From: Candidatus Melainabacteria bacterium 17Bon1m
Lineage (GTDB): Bacteria; Cyanobacteriota; Vampirovibrionia; Obscuribacterales; Obscuribacteraceae
Length of the DNA stretch: 64,000 bases
Assembly (NCBI GenBank): GCA_032128875.1
Contig: JAVLKG010000006.1
Span: 224,001-288,000 of the forward strand
Direction of reading: 5' to 3'
Shown: positions 19,470-30,036 of the stretch, piece by piece
Position numbering within the stretch: the first letter of the stretch is position 1
How the letters are laid out: the number at the start of each line of letters is the position of its first letter
The notes under the pieces: generated by a model
What the model saw: only the letters and a program-made list of their open reading frames with translations
What the model was told of the DNA's origin: nothing
Database searches by the model: none
Program-made: the position numbers and the translations under genes

Positions 19470-20054
19470 ATGGACATACTTCGTCAGCGCATTTTGAATG
19501 ATGGGAAACACCTTGGAAAAGGTATTCTCAAAGTCGATTCTTTTATGAATCACCAGATTGATCCGCTTCTGATGCAAGCGGTGGGCGAAGAGTTTGCCGG
19601 GAAGTTTAGACAGTTCAATCCCACGCGAGTGTTGACCGCGGAAACAAGCGGCATTGCGCCGGCACTTGCCACAGCGATGGCTTTGAGAGTGCCATTGGTG
19701 TTTGCAAGAAAACATAAACCAGTGACGATGGCAGCGGAGCCTTATGTCGAGTCAGCTCCTTCGCATACCAAAGGCGGCGTCGTTGACCTCATCGTCTCTT
19801 CAGAATATTTAGAATCAACTGACCGCATCTTGATCATCGATGATTTTCTCGCCAGCGCAAAGACACTTGTCGCTCTCGCGAATCTTGTCAAAGCAAGCGG
19901 CGCTACTCTCGTCGGAATCGGTGCTGTCATCGAGAAGGAATTCCAGGGCGGACGCGCTCTTCTGAAGGACATCACTGTCCCCATTGAGTCGCTCGCCATC
20001 ATCGAAAGCATGGACGAAACGATCGTGTTGAAGGAAAAAGTCAGCGCAAAGTAG
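19470..20054 (+). CDS. xpt: Xanthine phosphoribosyltransferase
   Basis: ILKVDSFMNHQIDP, TAETSGI, FARK, LIIDDFLA, VIEKEFQGG. Confidence 0.92.
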   Translation: MDILRQRILNDGKHLGKGILKVDSFMNHQIDPLLMQAVGEEFAGKFRQFNPTRVLTAETSGIAPALATAMALRVPLVFARKHKPVTMAAEPYVESAPSHTKGGVVDLIVSSEYLESTDRILIIDDFLASAKTLVALANLVKASGATLVGIGAVIEKEFQGGRALLKDITVPIESLAIIESMDETIVLKEKVSAK

Positions 20055-20150
20055 CGCTTAGAAGATGGCAGATTGTCCGGAGTAAAGACTAAGCCTGCTT
20101 CCGTCCTTGCGCAGGATTACCTGCCATCTTTCCGAAAGTTGGTCCCACAT

Positions 20151-20489
20151 TCAGTCCCCGAAATCGGAGCCCGCGACGCTGAGCAAGTGAAGCACGCGGC
20201 GGCTTGCTTTGAATTTGTCACCGAATTTTGTCAGCGCTTCTTCTCGCATTTTTGGCGCATGACGCTTTAGATATGTCTCTAGATTGTCTTTACTTTCGAC
20301 GATGTATTGAATCGTCCAAAGTTGCGAGCCATCGGGTTCGCGCTCTTCTTCTTCGTGATTGCGGAAGAACCATTGTGCGGCTTTGAAGCCTTCGAATTTG
20401 AGCATCTGATCTATATGCCCAGGCAACCAGCCTGCAAATGCGAATTTCGCTTCTTCTTTGACTTCGAGATTTACTTCGTAGACAAGCAT
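20151..20489 (-). CDS. DUF4286 family protein
   Basis: MLVYEVNLEV...WL..HI..ML..GF...QY...L..YL..HAP.MR...KFG. Confidence 0.8.
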   Translation of the reverse strand: MLVYEVNLEVKEEAKFAFAGWLPGHIDQMLKFEGFKAAQWFFRNHEEEEREPDGSQLWTIQYIVESKDNLETYLKRHAPKMREEALTKFGDKFKASRRVLHLLSVAGSDFGD

Positions 20490-21469
20490 GGTTGCATTAC
20501 TCCTTTCGCAATTAACTCCATCGATTTGAGAACTTGTTTGTGGGGAAGTCCGCCGAAATTATTGATAGCTAGAAAGTTGGTGAGTCCAGCATTTTTATAC
20601 TGTTGTGCGACGCGAAGCACCTCTTCAGTTTCACCGAATGCCACCAGATCCTTTTGGATGAGTTCGTCGATTGGCCGCTGTTTTGCATAAAGCCTTGTGC
20701 GTACATAACGATCCATCGGTTCTGTCGCTTCCTTTCTTGCTTGCTCTGTTGTTGCTGCGCAGTGAGTGTGAAGTCCGAAAGAGATTTCGATCTGCTTTGA
20801 GTCACCACCCGCTGCAGCAAATGCTTCGCGATAGTTTTTTGTTGTCTCTGCTAACTCTTCCAATTTCTCTGTCGTAGCATAGGGAATCATCATCATTGGC
20901 AGCTTCTGCGCCCCAACAAACGGTGCAACTTCGTTGCGAAGGGCAGCAACATGTATGCGAGGTTCTTTTTGAACAGGCACCACATTCAGTTGCACATCCT
21001 TGCAGTCGTAGAATTTGCCTTTGTACGAAAACTTCTCACCAGTCCAGGCTTTTCGCAGTATTGCCAGGCTCTCGTCGAAGCGTTCTCTCTTATCTTGTGT
21101 GTCAAGATTGAAACCAGCAAACTCGTGCGCGAGGTATCCGGAGCCGACGCCAAGTTCCAATCTACCATTTGAAAGAATGTCTACCATTGCCAGGTCTTCA
21201 GCGGTGCGCAGTGGATTGTCGAATGGCAAGACTACGACAGCGCAGCCGAGCTTAATGCGCTTTGTCCTTTGCGCTGCTGCCGCCATCCAAATTGCTGGAC
21301 GCGGTATTGCACCGTATTCGTGGAAGTGGTGCTCTGCTATCCAAAAAGAATCAAATCCAAGAGCTTCTGCAGCTTCCGCTTGCTCGAGCAGTTCTTCATA
21401 GAACGTACCGACATCGCGCGGCAGCTCTTTTGGATAATGATCGACAACCGAAAAAATACCGAACTTCAA
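20471..21469 (-). CDS. LLM-class (luciferase-like) flavin-dependent oxidoreductase
   Basis: GFDSFWIAEHH, PLRTAEDLAMVDILSNGRLELGVGSG. Confidence 0.92.
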   Translation of the reverse strand: MKFGIFSVVDHYPKELPRDVGTFYEELLEQAEAAEALGFDSFWIAEHHFHEYGAIPRPAIWMAAAAQRTKRIKLGCAVVVLPFDNPLRTAEDLAMVDILSNGRLELGVGSGYLAHEFAGFNLDTQDKRERFDESLAILRKAWTGEKFSYKGKFYDCKDVQLNVVPVQKEPRIHVAALRNEVAPFVGAQKLPMMMIPYATTEKLEELAETTKNYREAFAAAGGDSKQIEISFGLHTHCAATTEQARKEATEPMDRYVRTRLYAKQRPIDELIQKDLVAFGETEEVLRVAQQYKNAGLTNFLAINNFGGLPHKQVLKSMELIAKGVMQPCLSTK

Positions 21470-21872
21470 AGCCGTATCTCATTCGTTTTGGGGCGAATTG
21501 ATAATAGCATCCTGTAAGGGAGCCGCATGTGGCTGCCTGCGCAAGGCGGCTCATGCGCCGGACTTACATCAACTGAAAAGCGAAGGGGCGACTGCTGTTG
21601 GCACCGCCCCTTCTTCCCCTTTAAAAAGTTTGTAGAAGCCAAAAAGCGCTTGAGTTTCGGATCGTTAAATCCGAAACCCCAGCTTCCCCTTCACACATCT
21701 TCGAACGCGTTGTCTCTTGCGTTCTGTACTCATAATAGGAAGCCCTTGTTGCAGTTTTGTTGCAGCCAAGAAACGGTTTACAAGTGTTTTTTAAGTGCTG
21801 AAAATAGCCACCGGATGGAGCGTTCCGGAAGTAATCAAAAATTGAACCACTTTACATTTTTGGTGATGAAAG

Positions 21873-22679
21873 CTAATAGGTCATATCAATTTTGATTTTT
21901 GTGCCGACGGCCGGGCAGGCAAATTCTTCCCAGGCCGAGCCGCCGCGCTTGAACAATTCCCAGAAGCGTCTGTCGTGTCCGGAGCTGCCCGGCGCAAAAG
22001 CCAGGTCACCTTCCATGACATTGAAGCTGCCCGCGGCTACAGTCGCCGCGCGAATGATGGAGCCGATTGTAATTTTTACACGCTGCCCATCTTTGAGCTC
22101 AGACACGAGAGGATGCCCTTCGCGGAAGGTTGTCTTCAAATTTCCAAACGAATCTTTGTAGCCGATAACTTCTTTCGGTTCATCCATAATGACTTTTGCA
22201 GGATCCAGTTTGTGTACCAAGAAAGAGAAGTCAGACTTAACCGCCTGCGCGATTATTCGAGGGAAGAAGTCGCGAGAGCGAAACTGACTGCCGAATTCCT
22301 CTGCGTCTGTGCTCCACAATTCCAAAATTTCATCACGTATGAATGACATAGAATAGCCACTGTTGACCGCGATCACGTGCACGCCGTTTTTCAAACTGGC
22401 ATACAACAGTCCTTCGCCTTCATTGTCCTGGCGAGCTTCTTTGACATCTTTTCGTGGCGCGCAATTTGCGAAAATCGTCAAACTTTCAGGCTTCAAAAGG
22501 TCGGTCGCGCAGCTCAGTTGACCAACGATAAAGCCCGTGCTGACCGTGTCGAAGGAGTTGACCGACGTCATGTGCAGTGGCACATCCTCAGTCAGTTTTG
22601 CTTTGAAAGCCGAGTAAACTTCCGCCCAAGCCAAGTCGCCGGGAGCGTAATCACAGATGACGTGCAAATAGCTGGTCAT
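21873..22679 (-). CDS. Divergent SAM hydroxide adenosyltransferase (DUF62/chlorinase-fluorinase superfamily)
   Basis: N-terminal CDYAPGD, QFRSRDFFP, DSFGNLKT, and C-terminal WELFKRGGSA. Confidence 0.65.
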   Translation of the reverse strand: MTSYLHVICDYAPGDLAWAEVYSAFKAKLTEDVPLHMTSVNSFDTVSTGFIVGQLSCATDLLKPESLTIFANCAPRKDVKEARQDNEGEGLLYASLKNGVHVIAVNSGYSMSFIRDEILELWSTDAEEFGSQFRSRDFFPRIIAQAVKSDFSFLVHKLDPAKVIMDEPKEVIGYKDSFGNLKTTFREGHPLVSELKDGQRVKITIGSIIRAATVAAGSFNVMEGDLAFAPGSSGHDRRFWELFKRGGSAWEEFACPAVGTKIKIDMTY

Positions 22680-22953
22680 AGATTCCTTGAATCCTCAATT
22701 TTGAGAAACGCTAGCAATCGTGAGCGCGACCAAATCTCTTGGGCGCTCTAAAGAGTATAGATGAAACTCAGTCCCCTTCGTCATAAGAGCTTTGGGTTCT
22801 CAAGCAGCTGCTCGTTTTCGCTAGAGAGGCTTCAAGAGGCACATAGACCTATCTACTTGTTATGATGTGATGCTTCTGGAATTGGGCATAGGTCCAAGCG
22901 ACCTACCGAGTTCGCAGTAAGATGTCTTCAAACTCTAGTGGCAGGAAAACAGC

Positions 22954-23877
22954 TTGCGAAATATATTGAATGCTGTCTGGTCATTCCCGCTCACTCGCAT
23001 ATTCACCTTCCTGGTGATTCTCTTTCTGGTAATTATTCTTAGCGAGCCAATAATTGTTGCACTGATTGGCAAGACCGGTACATCAGCGCCACTAGCGATT
23101 TTTCTTTGGACTGAGGTTTGGCATTTTCTGATTAGTTTTGGATTGCTTTCGCTTTTCGTGAAGGGCGAGCGCGCAAAACTCGGCGATTTTGGCGTGAGCA
23201 TGAAGAACGCAGTGCCTGAGCTGTCATTGGGTGTTGTTGTCGGAACGCTGCTTGTTGCTGGCATTGTGGGTGTTATGTTTTTGCTAGGCATCTATAAACC
23301 GATTTCGCACAGCAGTGGTTCAGACTTATTGCTTGCGGCTGGCACACTGTTTTTCGCAGCGGTGACGGAAGAGTTGATATTTCGCTCTTATGCGCTCAAT
23401 GTCTTGGAAAAACATTGGGGCACCATTGCTGCAGTTATCGTTTCGTCTGCAGGCTTCGGATTTGCCCACATGCTCAATGATGCCGGTGGTTCGACGGTGC
23501 AGAGCAAATTATTGTTTTGCACATTTCTTTCACTGGAAGCCGGGGTATCTCTAGCTGCCTGCTATGTTTTCACGCGCCGGTTGTGGATGCCCATAGGTGC
23601 GCACTGGATGTGGAATTTCTTTGAAGGACCGGTGTTCGGCACGCACGTATCCGGTGCCGATTTTGGTCAGAGCTTAGTGACCGCCAAAATGGAAGGACCT
23701 ATGCTGCTTACCGGTGGCAAATTCGGACCAGAGGGCAGCGTGATCTGTTTGGTGCTCGGCACCATGGCCGGTGTCGTCCTGCTGTATCTTTCTAAAAAGC
23801 GAAACAATTTGATTTCGTATGAAACAGCGCAAAATCGTTTGAACAACGAGATCGAATCGAATCAAATTGCAGCATAG
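22954..23877 (+). CDS. CPBP (CAAX protease/Abi) intramembrane metalloprotease
   Basis: EELIFR, FGFAH, HWMWN motifs, GGKFGPEG, multiple TM segments. Confidence 0.9.
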   Translation: MRNILNAVWSFPLTRIFTFLVILFLVIILSEPIIVALIGKTGTSAPLAIFLWTEVWHFLISFGLLSLFVKGERAKLGDFGVSMKNAVPELSLGVVVGTLLVAGIVGVMFLLGIYKPISHSSGSDLLLAAGTLFFAAVTEELIFRSYALNVLEKHWGTIAAVIVSSAGFGFAHMLNDAGGSTVQSKLLFCTFLSLEAGVSLAACYVFTRRLWMPIGAHWMWNFFEGPVFGTHVSGADFGQSLVTAKMEGPMLLTGGKFGPEGSVICLVLGTMAGVVLLYLSKKRNNLISYETAQNRLNNEIESNQIAA

Positions 23878-23930
23878 AAGTACAACAGGCCGTTCGCCGC
23901 AGCAGACAGAACCGAGACAATAGGAAACTC

Positions 23931-24749
23931 ATGGCAGAAACAAAAGACGAATCGAACAAGTTGCAGACTTCGGACTCACATGTCGAGGTCAACGGCGTTT
24001 TGCTCAAAGTTCGAAAACTCGAATTAGAAGCGCCGCGCGCGACAATTGTTTTTCTCCATGACTCGCTTGGATGTATTCAAGTTTGGCGCGATTTCCCTGA
24101 GCGGTTGTGCGCCGCTACCCACTGCAACGGAATAATCTACGACAGGCAGGGCTACGGTGGTTCTGGTCCATTCACGCGCGAGCGTGACCTTCAATATTTA
24201 GAGCGTGAAGCCGATGCGCTTGCCGCGCTTATGAAAAAACTCGGACTACCGAAGGGAATTCTTTTCGGCCATAGCGACGGCGGCTCCGTTGCACTCTTGG
24301 CGGCAGCAAAGACGCCAGAATGCATTTCTGGGGTTATCACGGAAGGTGCGCATGTGTTTGTCGAAGAGATAACTTTGAATGGTATCAGGCAAGCTCAAAA
24401 GCTTTTCGCCGAAACCGATTTGCGCCAGCGTATAACCAAATATCATGGCGACAATACCGATGGTGTGATCAGCGCATGGATAGACACGTGGCTTTCGCCT
24501 CAATTTCGTGATTTCAATATGGAGCACTTTCTGCCCGCGATAAAATGCCCCGTGCTTGTTCTTCAAGGCGAAGGCGATGAATACGGCTCGGAGGCGCAAG
24601 TCGATGCCATCGTCAATCAGGTCGGCGGCAGCTCACTGAAGGACATGGTCAAGTTTGCGCGCCATACACCTCACAAAGAAGCGCCAGAATATACTCTGCG
24701 TGTGTGCGCCAATTTTGTCACAAGCTTGAATTCAGTTGTAAATCCGTAA
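23931..24749 (+). CDS. Alpha/beta hydrolase
   Basis: FLHDSLG, DRQGYG, GHSDGG nucleophile elbow, QG..DEYG, HTPH. Confidence 0.92.
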   Translation: MAETKDESNKLQTSDSHVEVNGVLLKVRKLELEAPRATIVFLHDSLGCIQVWRDFPERLCAATHCNGIIYDRQGYGGSGPFTRERDLQYLEREADALAALMKKLGLPKGILFGHSDGGSVALLAAAKTPECISGVITEGAHVFVEEITLNGIRQAQKLFAETDLRQRITKYHGDNTDGVISAWIDTWLSPQFRDFNMEHFLPAIKCPVLVLQGEGDEYGSEAQVDAIVNQVGGSSLKDMVKFARHTPHKEAPEYTLRVCANFVTSLNSVVNP

Positions 24750-24787
24750 GTTGGCCCGAGCGCCCGCTTCTAGCCGGCATTTTGAAA

Positions 24788-25174
24788 TTACGTTGTTTCA
24801 CCGAGCAACTTGCGCAGGCGTGCAGATAGATCTTTCAAGTGAAAAGGTTTGAGCAGATAATCGTTTGCGCCCGCCTCGAGCCCTGCTTGTTTGTCTTTCG
24901 CCTGGTCGCGACCGGACAGCATAAGTATCGGCGTCGTGCCGCCTTCTGAGCGAAACTTCTTGCAGATGTCGATTCCGTCCATTCCCGGCAAGTGTCCGTC
25001 CAGCACCACGAGATCGTAGGACTCGAATTGCAGATGTTCGCAAGCTTCCGGACCAGTGTAAACAGCATCGACGATGAACTTCTCAAATTCCAGCCACTGC
25101 CGAATTTGATCGGACAGGAATTGGTCGTCTTCTGCAATTAGAATTCTCGCCATTTTCGGATCCTCGAAATTCAC
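24788..25174 (-). CDS. Single-domain response regulator
   Basis: ILIAEDD, VVLDGHLPGMDG, DYLLKPF; probable start at MARILIAE (25153). Confidence 0.9.
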   Translation of the reverse strand: MNFEDPKMARILIAEDDQFLSDQIRQWLEFEKFIVDAVYTGPEACEHLQFESYDLVVLDGHLPGMDGIDICKKFRSEGGTTPILMLSGRDQAKDKQAGLEAGANDYLLKPFHLKDLSARLRKLLGETT

Positions 25175-27195
25175 TATCCTTCGCTGATGATGCGTCGTCT
25201 TCCTTGCTCTTTTGCGATGTAGAGGCGCTCATCGGCTTTCTTGATCAACGCTTCAATCTGGGTTCCATCTTGGGGAAAACTCACAAGTCCGGCTGAAAAG
25301 CTGACGAAAAACTGTTCTTTGTGATCGCCTTCGAATGGTATTGTAACCAACTCATCCAGCACACGATTGAGCGCGCCCTTCATAGTTTCTTTCCCTTCGT
25401 GGCGAAATGCCATTATGAATTCTTCGCCGCCCCAGCGCCCGCGCAAATCCTCCACGCGAAAGCGCCGTCTGAGCAATTGTCCGAAGTGCGCGAGCACGCG
25501 GTCGCCAGCCATGTGACCGTAGGTGTCGTTGACCTTCTTGAAGTGGTCGACATCCATCAGGCAAAGACTGAACTCCAATTTGTGACGCTCGGCTTCGGAA
25601 TGCAGCGCCGTAAGCGCTTCGATAAAAGCGCGTCGCAGCAACAGCCCTGTGAGAATATCGCGGTCCGCGCGCTCCTTCATCAAGCGCATGCGGTCAAGAC
25701 GAACCCGCACGCGTGCCAGCAATTCCACTGTCGCAACCGGTTTTGGAAGATAGTCATCTGCGCCCGCATCAAATGCGGCGAGCCGTGAATCAAGCCCTGA
25801 CTGCGCTGTGAGAAAAACAATCGGCAAATCTTGCCAGCGCGCCATCGCACGAATCTTTCTGCAAACGTCATAACCGCTCGTGTTTGGCATCATCACGTCG
25901 AGCAGCAGTAAATCAGGCGAAAAATCTTCGAGAACAGGCAGAGCGTTATCGGGCTCGTTGACTGACTTTACGAGCATGCCTTCTTTTCCTAGTGCAGACT
26001 CGATGATTTTGGTGAAGTCTTCATCGTCGTCGACAATCAAAATCCGCGGTCGGCCTCGCAGGGCAATCAAATACTCAATAGCTTGAACCATGTCCGGCCC
26101 ACTGACCGGCTTCTTAAGATACAACGATGCACCGGCATGCATGCCTTCTGTGCGCCTGCCTTTGATTTCTTCCTTGTGTATGAATGCGAGCGGCAGCGTT
26201 TCTAGTCCTGAGATACCTCGGAGTTTTAACGCGAGCTCGAATGACGAATCAGACTGCGTTTCAGACATATCGATAATCGCCGCATCGAGCATCGTTGCCC
26301 TGGCTTTTTCAATTGCGTCTTTGGTATCTTCCGAAAAAATCAAGCGCACAGTTGCCTTTTGCGAAAATTTCCGCGACTCATCCTCGTTGTATTTTCCAAC
26401 CAGCAGCACATTAGCCATCGAAGAATCGTCAGCCATCTCCCCTTCGGCTGTGGCTTCGGGGGGCGGCGGAAGTTTGTCTGGAAAGTCCTGTTTGACGTTT
26501 TCATGTAAAACACCGACCAGCCGACGGATCGTGTCCCAGGTGTTTTTATCCAAAGCCTTCTTGCCGTCGATGACATCATTCATCGTTTGCTCTATTTGTG
26601 CCGCGGTTTCACCCAGGTGATGGAAGCCGCAGGAGCTCGCTGTGCCCTTCAAATTGTGGGACAAACGCCGAACCTCTTTGAGCGCCTCACCGTCACCTGG
26701 ATTTGCCATCGATTGCTCGACAACTTCTTCCATGTTTTTGAGACGACCAGGCAATATCGAAGCAAAACGCGTCTTCAGTTGCATGAACGTCTCAGTGTCA
26801 GTGACTTCGTTGAGGTCGCTGGCAGTCTTCGCCTTCAGCTCCCCGTCTATTTGGGCGCCGAACAATAGTGGTTTAAGCGGTCTGTGGACAACGAGCGAAA
26901 CACCGAAATCCTTCGTCAGTTGCTGATAAACGTCAGTTTCTTTCCATTTGCTCGATATGAAAACGACCTTTGTATCACGGTTGACTTGCCGTAATTTGAT
27001 GATCCAACCGACACCGTCGATGTCCGAAAGCTGCTCGCTGACTACGATCAAGTCGGGCTTATGCTTCGAAAGAGAATCTATTGCATCCTTTCCGGAATCG
27101 AAGTGCGAAACTTCATGCCCGCGACCCGTGAGCAATGATTTGACCAGCGCTGTCAGCTGCTGGTCGTTGTCGACAAGGAGAATGGACGTTGCCAT
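25174..27195 (-). CDS. Diguanylate cyclase, REC-HPt-REC-like-REC-GGDEF
   Basis: SHNLKGTASSCGF (HPt), LLLDVMMP (REC), DVDHFK.VND.YGH, RVED I-site, GGEEF. Confidence 0.92.
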   Translation of the reverse strand: MATSILLVDNDQQLTALVKSLLTGRGHEVSHFDSGKDAIDSLSKHKPDLIVVSEQLSDIDGVGWIIKLRQVNRDTKVVFISSKWKETDVYQQLTKDFGVSLVVHRPLKPLLFGAQIDGELKAKTASDLNEVTDTETFMQLKTRFASILPGRLKNMEEVVEQSMANPGDGEALKEVRRLSHNLKGTASSCGFHHLGETAAQIEQTMNDVIDGKKALDKNTWDTIRRLVGVLHENVKQDFPDKLPPPPEATAEGEMADDSSMANVLLVGKYNEDESRKFSQKATVRLIFSEDTKDAIEKARATMLDAAIIDMSETQSDSSFELALKLRGISGLETLPLAFIHKEEIKGRRTEGMHAGASLYLKKPVSGPDMVQAIEYLIALRGRPRILIVDDDEDFTKIIESALGKEGMLVKSVNEPDNALPVLEDFSPDLLLLDVMMPNTSGYDVCRKIRAMARWQDLPIVFLTAQSGLDSRLAAFDAGADDYLPKPVATVELLARVRVRLDRMRLMKERADRDILTGLLLRRAFIEALTALHSEAERHKLEFSLCLMDVDHFKKVNDTYGHMAGDRVLAHFGQLLRRRFRVEDLRGRWGGEEFIMAFRHEGKETMKGALNRVLDELVTIPFEGDHKEQFFVSFSAGLVSFPQDGTQIEALIKKADERLYIAKEQGRRRIISEG

Positions 27196-27250
27196 AAAGA
27201 CCCCAATTGCTTAGGGTCTCTTATACCACTGGCGAGATAGCGAAAAACTC

Positions 27251-27466
27251 TTATTTGGGTGTATCGAAGAAAATGCTGGAATAGGGCAAGGCGTCCAGTT
27301 GTGGCTGTGCAAACAGGATGAATCCCAGTGCGGCTGCGAGAATCACTATCGCCAAAAATTGAACGCGAATGGTCACATTGAGCGCCACAATCTCGTTCTT
27401 CTGGTGCATCCAGTCCGAATAGTCTACGTCTATTCGCTCTTCAATTGGACGATTAAGGTTCTGCAT
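27251..27466 (-). CDS. Small single-TM protein
   Basis: 71 aa with one hydrophobic helix; fills the gap in the same orientation as its neighbours. Confidence 0.5.
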   Translation of the reverse strand: MQNLNRPIEERIDVDYSDWMHQKNEIVALNVTIRVQFLAIVILAAALGFILFAQPQLDALPYSSIFFDTPK

Positions 27467-27660
27467 AACACGGGATACCTAGTATGTTTGAACGCGGAAA
27501 TATATTTTGAGTGGTGGATTCTCAAAGAATAGGGTCATTTTGTGGCAAATGTGTGGAACCGCAAAAGCCGGTATTCGTCCTGAAACGTACAGGCACAGCG
27601 GTTTTGCTAAGGCAATCCCTGAGAAATCTTGAAAGCGAGAAGGTACCGACCCTTTGCTGT

Positions 27661-28242
27661 TTAAGCTAAATCACTTTCTGTATTGAACCTGTACATAGGA
27701 AGTTTTTGCTTTTTATCGCAGTGAAACAGGATTGTGAAAATTACAGATCCGACGATGACAGGAATTACTAGTGAAATCCAAAATAGAATAAAAAACACCC
27801 AGGAGAAAGTCATTCTAGAAAGAACGTAATCGAGCCAATTGTTTTCGCCTGCCAACCTGAGGTTGAAGCTCATAAGTAAGGCAACGCAAACAGAAACGAG
27901 TAATGTCCAATCAAGTGTTTCAAAAAGGCGATCCCAGCCAGGGGACCGACGAGATTCAATTCTCAATCGAGTGTAGATGCAGGTTACTAGAGTGGGTATT
28001 GCCAAATACCAATAACCTTCTTGAATGAGAAACGCTGCAAATCTTAGGACCAATGCCTGGCTGGTCAAAAACATAAATTTGTCGGGAACGTAAGTTAAAC
28101 GGTTCAAGTCCCAAAGCGGAATCTGCCACTCTCCATAGTCAAAGTGGTTCATAACCCACGAATCGGGCATGGACGAAACCAAGAACGCAATTGATAGCCC
28201 GATTGTGATTCCTAGCAGAAATGGGATGACGTAAGTGCGCAC
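27661..28242 (-). CDS. Multi-pass membrane protein, hypothetical
   Basis: Several TM segments; GGAGA RBS before GTG. Confidence 0.65.
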   Translation of the reverse strand: MRTYVIPFLLGITIGLSIAFLVSSMPDSWVMNHFDYGEWQIPLWDLNRLTYVPDKFMFLTSQALVLRFAAFLIQEGYWYLAIPTLVTCIYTRLRIESRRSPGWDRLFETLDWTLLVSVCVALLMSFNLRLAGENNWLDYVLSRMTFSWVFFILFWISLVIPVIVGSVIFTILFHCDKKQKLPMYRFNTESDLA

Positions 28243-28317
28243 TTTGTCTCTCCAACGACCATTCCAGCATACCGCTGAGTTTCGCTAGAGATCCATGGAG
28301 TTTTTACTGATGTGCAG

Positions 28318-28887
28318 TTATTTCTTCTCGTCCAGCTCGATGGATGCAGAATTGATGCAGTAGCGCTGTCCGGTAGGTTTTGGACCGTCTTCGAAGACGT
28401 GACCCAGGTGTGCACCGCACTGGCTGCAGGTTACTTCGGTGCGCTGCATGCCATATGTCGTATCGTCATGCTCCGCGACGTTTTCCTTTGTATGAGGCTG
28501 CCAGAAGCTAGGCCAGCCGCTGCCCGAGTCGTATTTTTCTTTGGAGCTAAAGAGTTCGGCACCGCAGCAAGCGCATTTGTATACGCCTTCCTTATGGCAG
28601 TTGTAATATTTGCCTGTGAAAGCACGTTCTGTGCCTTTCTGCCGCGTAATTTGATATTGCTCTGGAGTGAGTTGGGCTTTCCATTCTTCTTCTGATTTCT
28701 GGACTTTGTGTGCCATTGCTCCTGTTTTCTCCTTATCGCTTTCACTCTGCGCCGGTCCAATACCGGGTGCGCAAGTCATGCCCTTCTTGAGTTTTGGCGC
28801 TTGCCCTGTCTCAGCCGGTACCGGACTAGCACAGCCGGAAAAGATCATGGTCAAAATCGCCAAAAGAAAAATATGTGCGGGTTTCAT
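28318..28887 (-). CDS. msrB: Peptide-methionine (R)-S-oxide reductase with lipoprotein-like signal
   Basis: [37 protein letters not shown]; two CxxC Zn sites; N-terminal FSGC. Confidence 0.95.
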   Translation of the reverse strand: MKPAHIFLLAILTMIFSGCASPVPAETGQAPKLKKGMTCAPGIGPAQSESDKEKTGAMAHKVQKSEEEWKAQLTPEQYQITRQKGTERAFTGKYYNCHKEGVYKCACCGAELFSSKEKYDSGSGWPSFWQPHTKENVAEHDDTTYGMQRTEVTCSQCGAHLGHVFEDGPKPTGQRYCINSASIELDEKK

Positions 28888-29000
28888 AGTTTATGAGCCT
28901 ACCATTTTGAATCACCCACCACCTTGATTGAATCCGAATTTTGTAAGAACTGCAAATGGGGATCGTAAGAAACTATCCGGCTGGAAGCCGTCGTTCCTGG

Positions 29001-29984
29001 TTAAACCCGCAGTACTGCGGCTCCTGTGAATTTGCCCGCGCGCAGGTCGTCGAGTGCATCATTTGCAAGGTTAAGCGGATAGATAGTGACGGAGCAAATT
29101 ATGTTCACTTCTGCTGCTTTGGCGAAAAATTCGATTGCGTCGGCGCGGGTGAGGTTTGTCACCGATTTAATCGAGCGCTCTTGCCAGAGAATCTCGTATG
29201 GCATCGCCGGAAGTTCAGACATATGAATACCACCCAGGACAAGCTTTCCTGCTTTATCCAGGTTTGATAGCGCATGAGGCACGAGCTCTCCTACGGGAGC
29301 AAAGATGATGGCAGCGTCAAGCTTTTCAGGTGATGGTCCGTCGGAATCGCCTGCCCACTTGCAGCCGAGATTCATCGCCAGGCTGCGCGCGTCGTTGTCT
29401 TGCGGGCGGACGAATGCGTATAGCTCCTTGCCGTCGTGATGTGCCACTTGAGCGATGATGTGCGCTGCAGCGCCAAATCCATAGATGCCGATGCGTTTTG
29501 CGTCGCCGCACATTTTGTAAGAGCGATAGCCGATCAGTCCCGCGCACAAAAGAGGCGCTGCTTTCGCGTCATCATAATTATCGGGTAGCTTGAAACAGTA
29601 GCGAGCGTCAGCCAGGCAGTATTCAGCGTATCCACCATCCAGCGTGTACCCTGTAAACTTCGCTTCGTCGCACAGATTCTCCCGGTCGCTGAGGCACCAC
29701 CTGCAGTGCCCGCAGGTCCAGCCGAGCCACGGAACCCCCACCCGATCGCCAACTGCAAAGCCCTGCACTTTATCGCCAACCGTATGTATCGCGCCGACAA
29801 TTTCGTGACCTGGGATAAGCGGAAGTGCGGGCTCCTTCAATTCGTTATCGATGATGTGAAGATCGGTTCGACACACACCGCAGTGGCTCACTTTGATGAG
29901 CACTTGCCCGGCACGCGCCTCAGGAACATCGCGGTCCGCCTGAAAAAGCGGACCGCCACGTGATTCTAGAATCATTGCTTTCAT
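29001..29984 (-). CDS. Zinc-dependent alcohol dehydrogenase family protein
   Basis: CGVCRTDLH, GHEIVG, CGHCRWC...ENLC, GIYGFGAAA. Confidence 0.92.
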   Translation of the reverse strand: MKAMILESRGGPLFQADRDVPEARAGQVLIKVSHCGVCRTDLHIIDNELKEPALPLIPGHEIVGAIHTVGDKVQGFAVGDRVGVPWLGWTCGHCRWCLSDRENLCDEAKFTGYTLDGGYAEYCLADARYCFKLPDNYDDAKAAPLLCAGLIGYRSYKMCGDAKRIGIYGFGAAAHIIAQVAHHDGKELYAFVRPQDNDARSLAMNLGCKWAGDSDGPSPEKLDAAIIFAPVGELVPHALSNLDKAGKLVLGGIHMSELPAMPYEILWQERSIKSVTNLTRADAIEFFAKAAEVNIICSVTIYPLNLANDALDDLRAGKFTGAAVLRV

Positions 29985-30036
29985 CAGGTTTTGCTTTCCT
30001 GTGGAGCTAACTTCTTCTATTTACCCGATTGTGTTT

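Noticed and set aside
28340-28370. Selenocysteine in MsrB
   Set aside because: The catalytic residue is a normal Cys codon (RYCINS)
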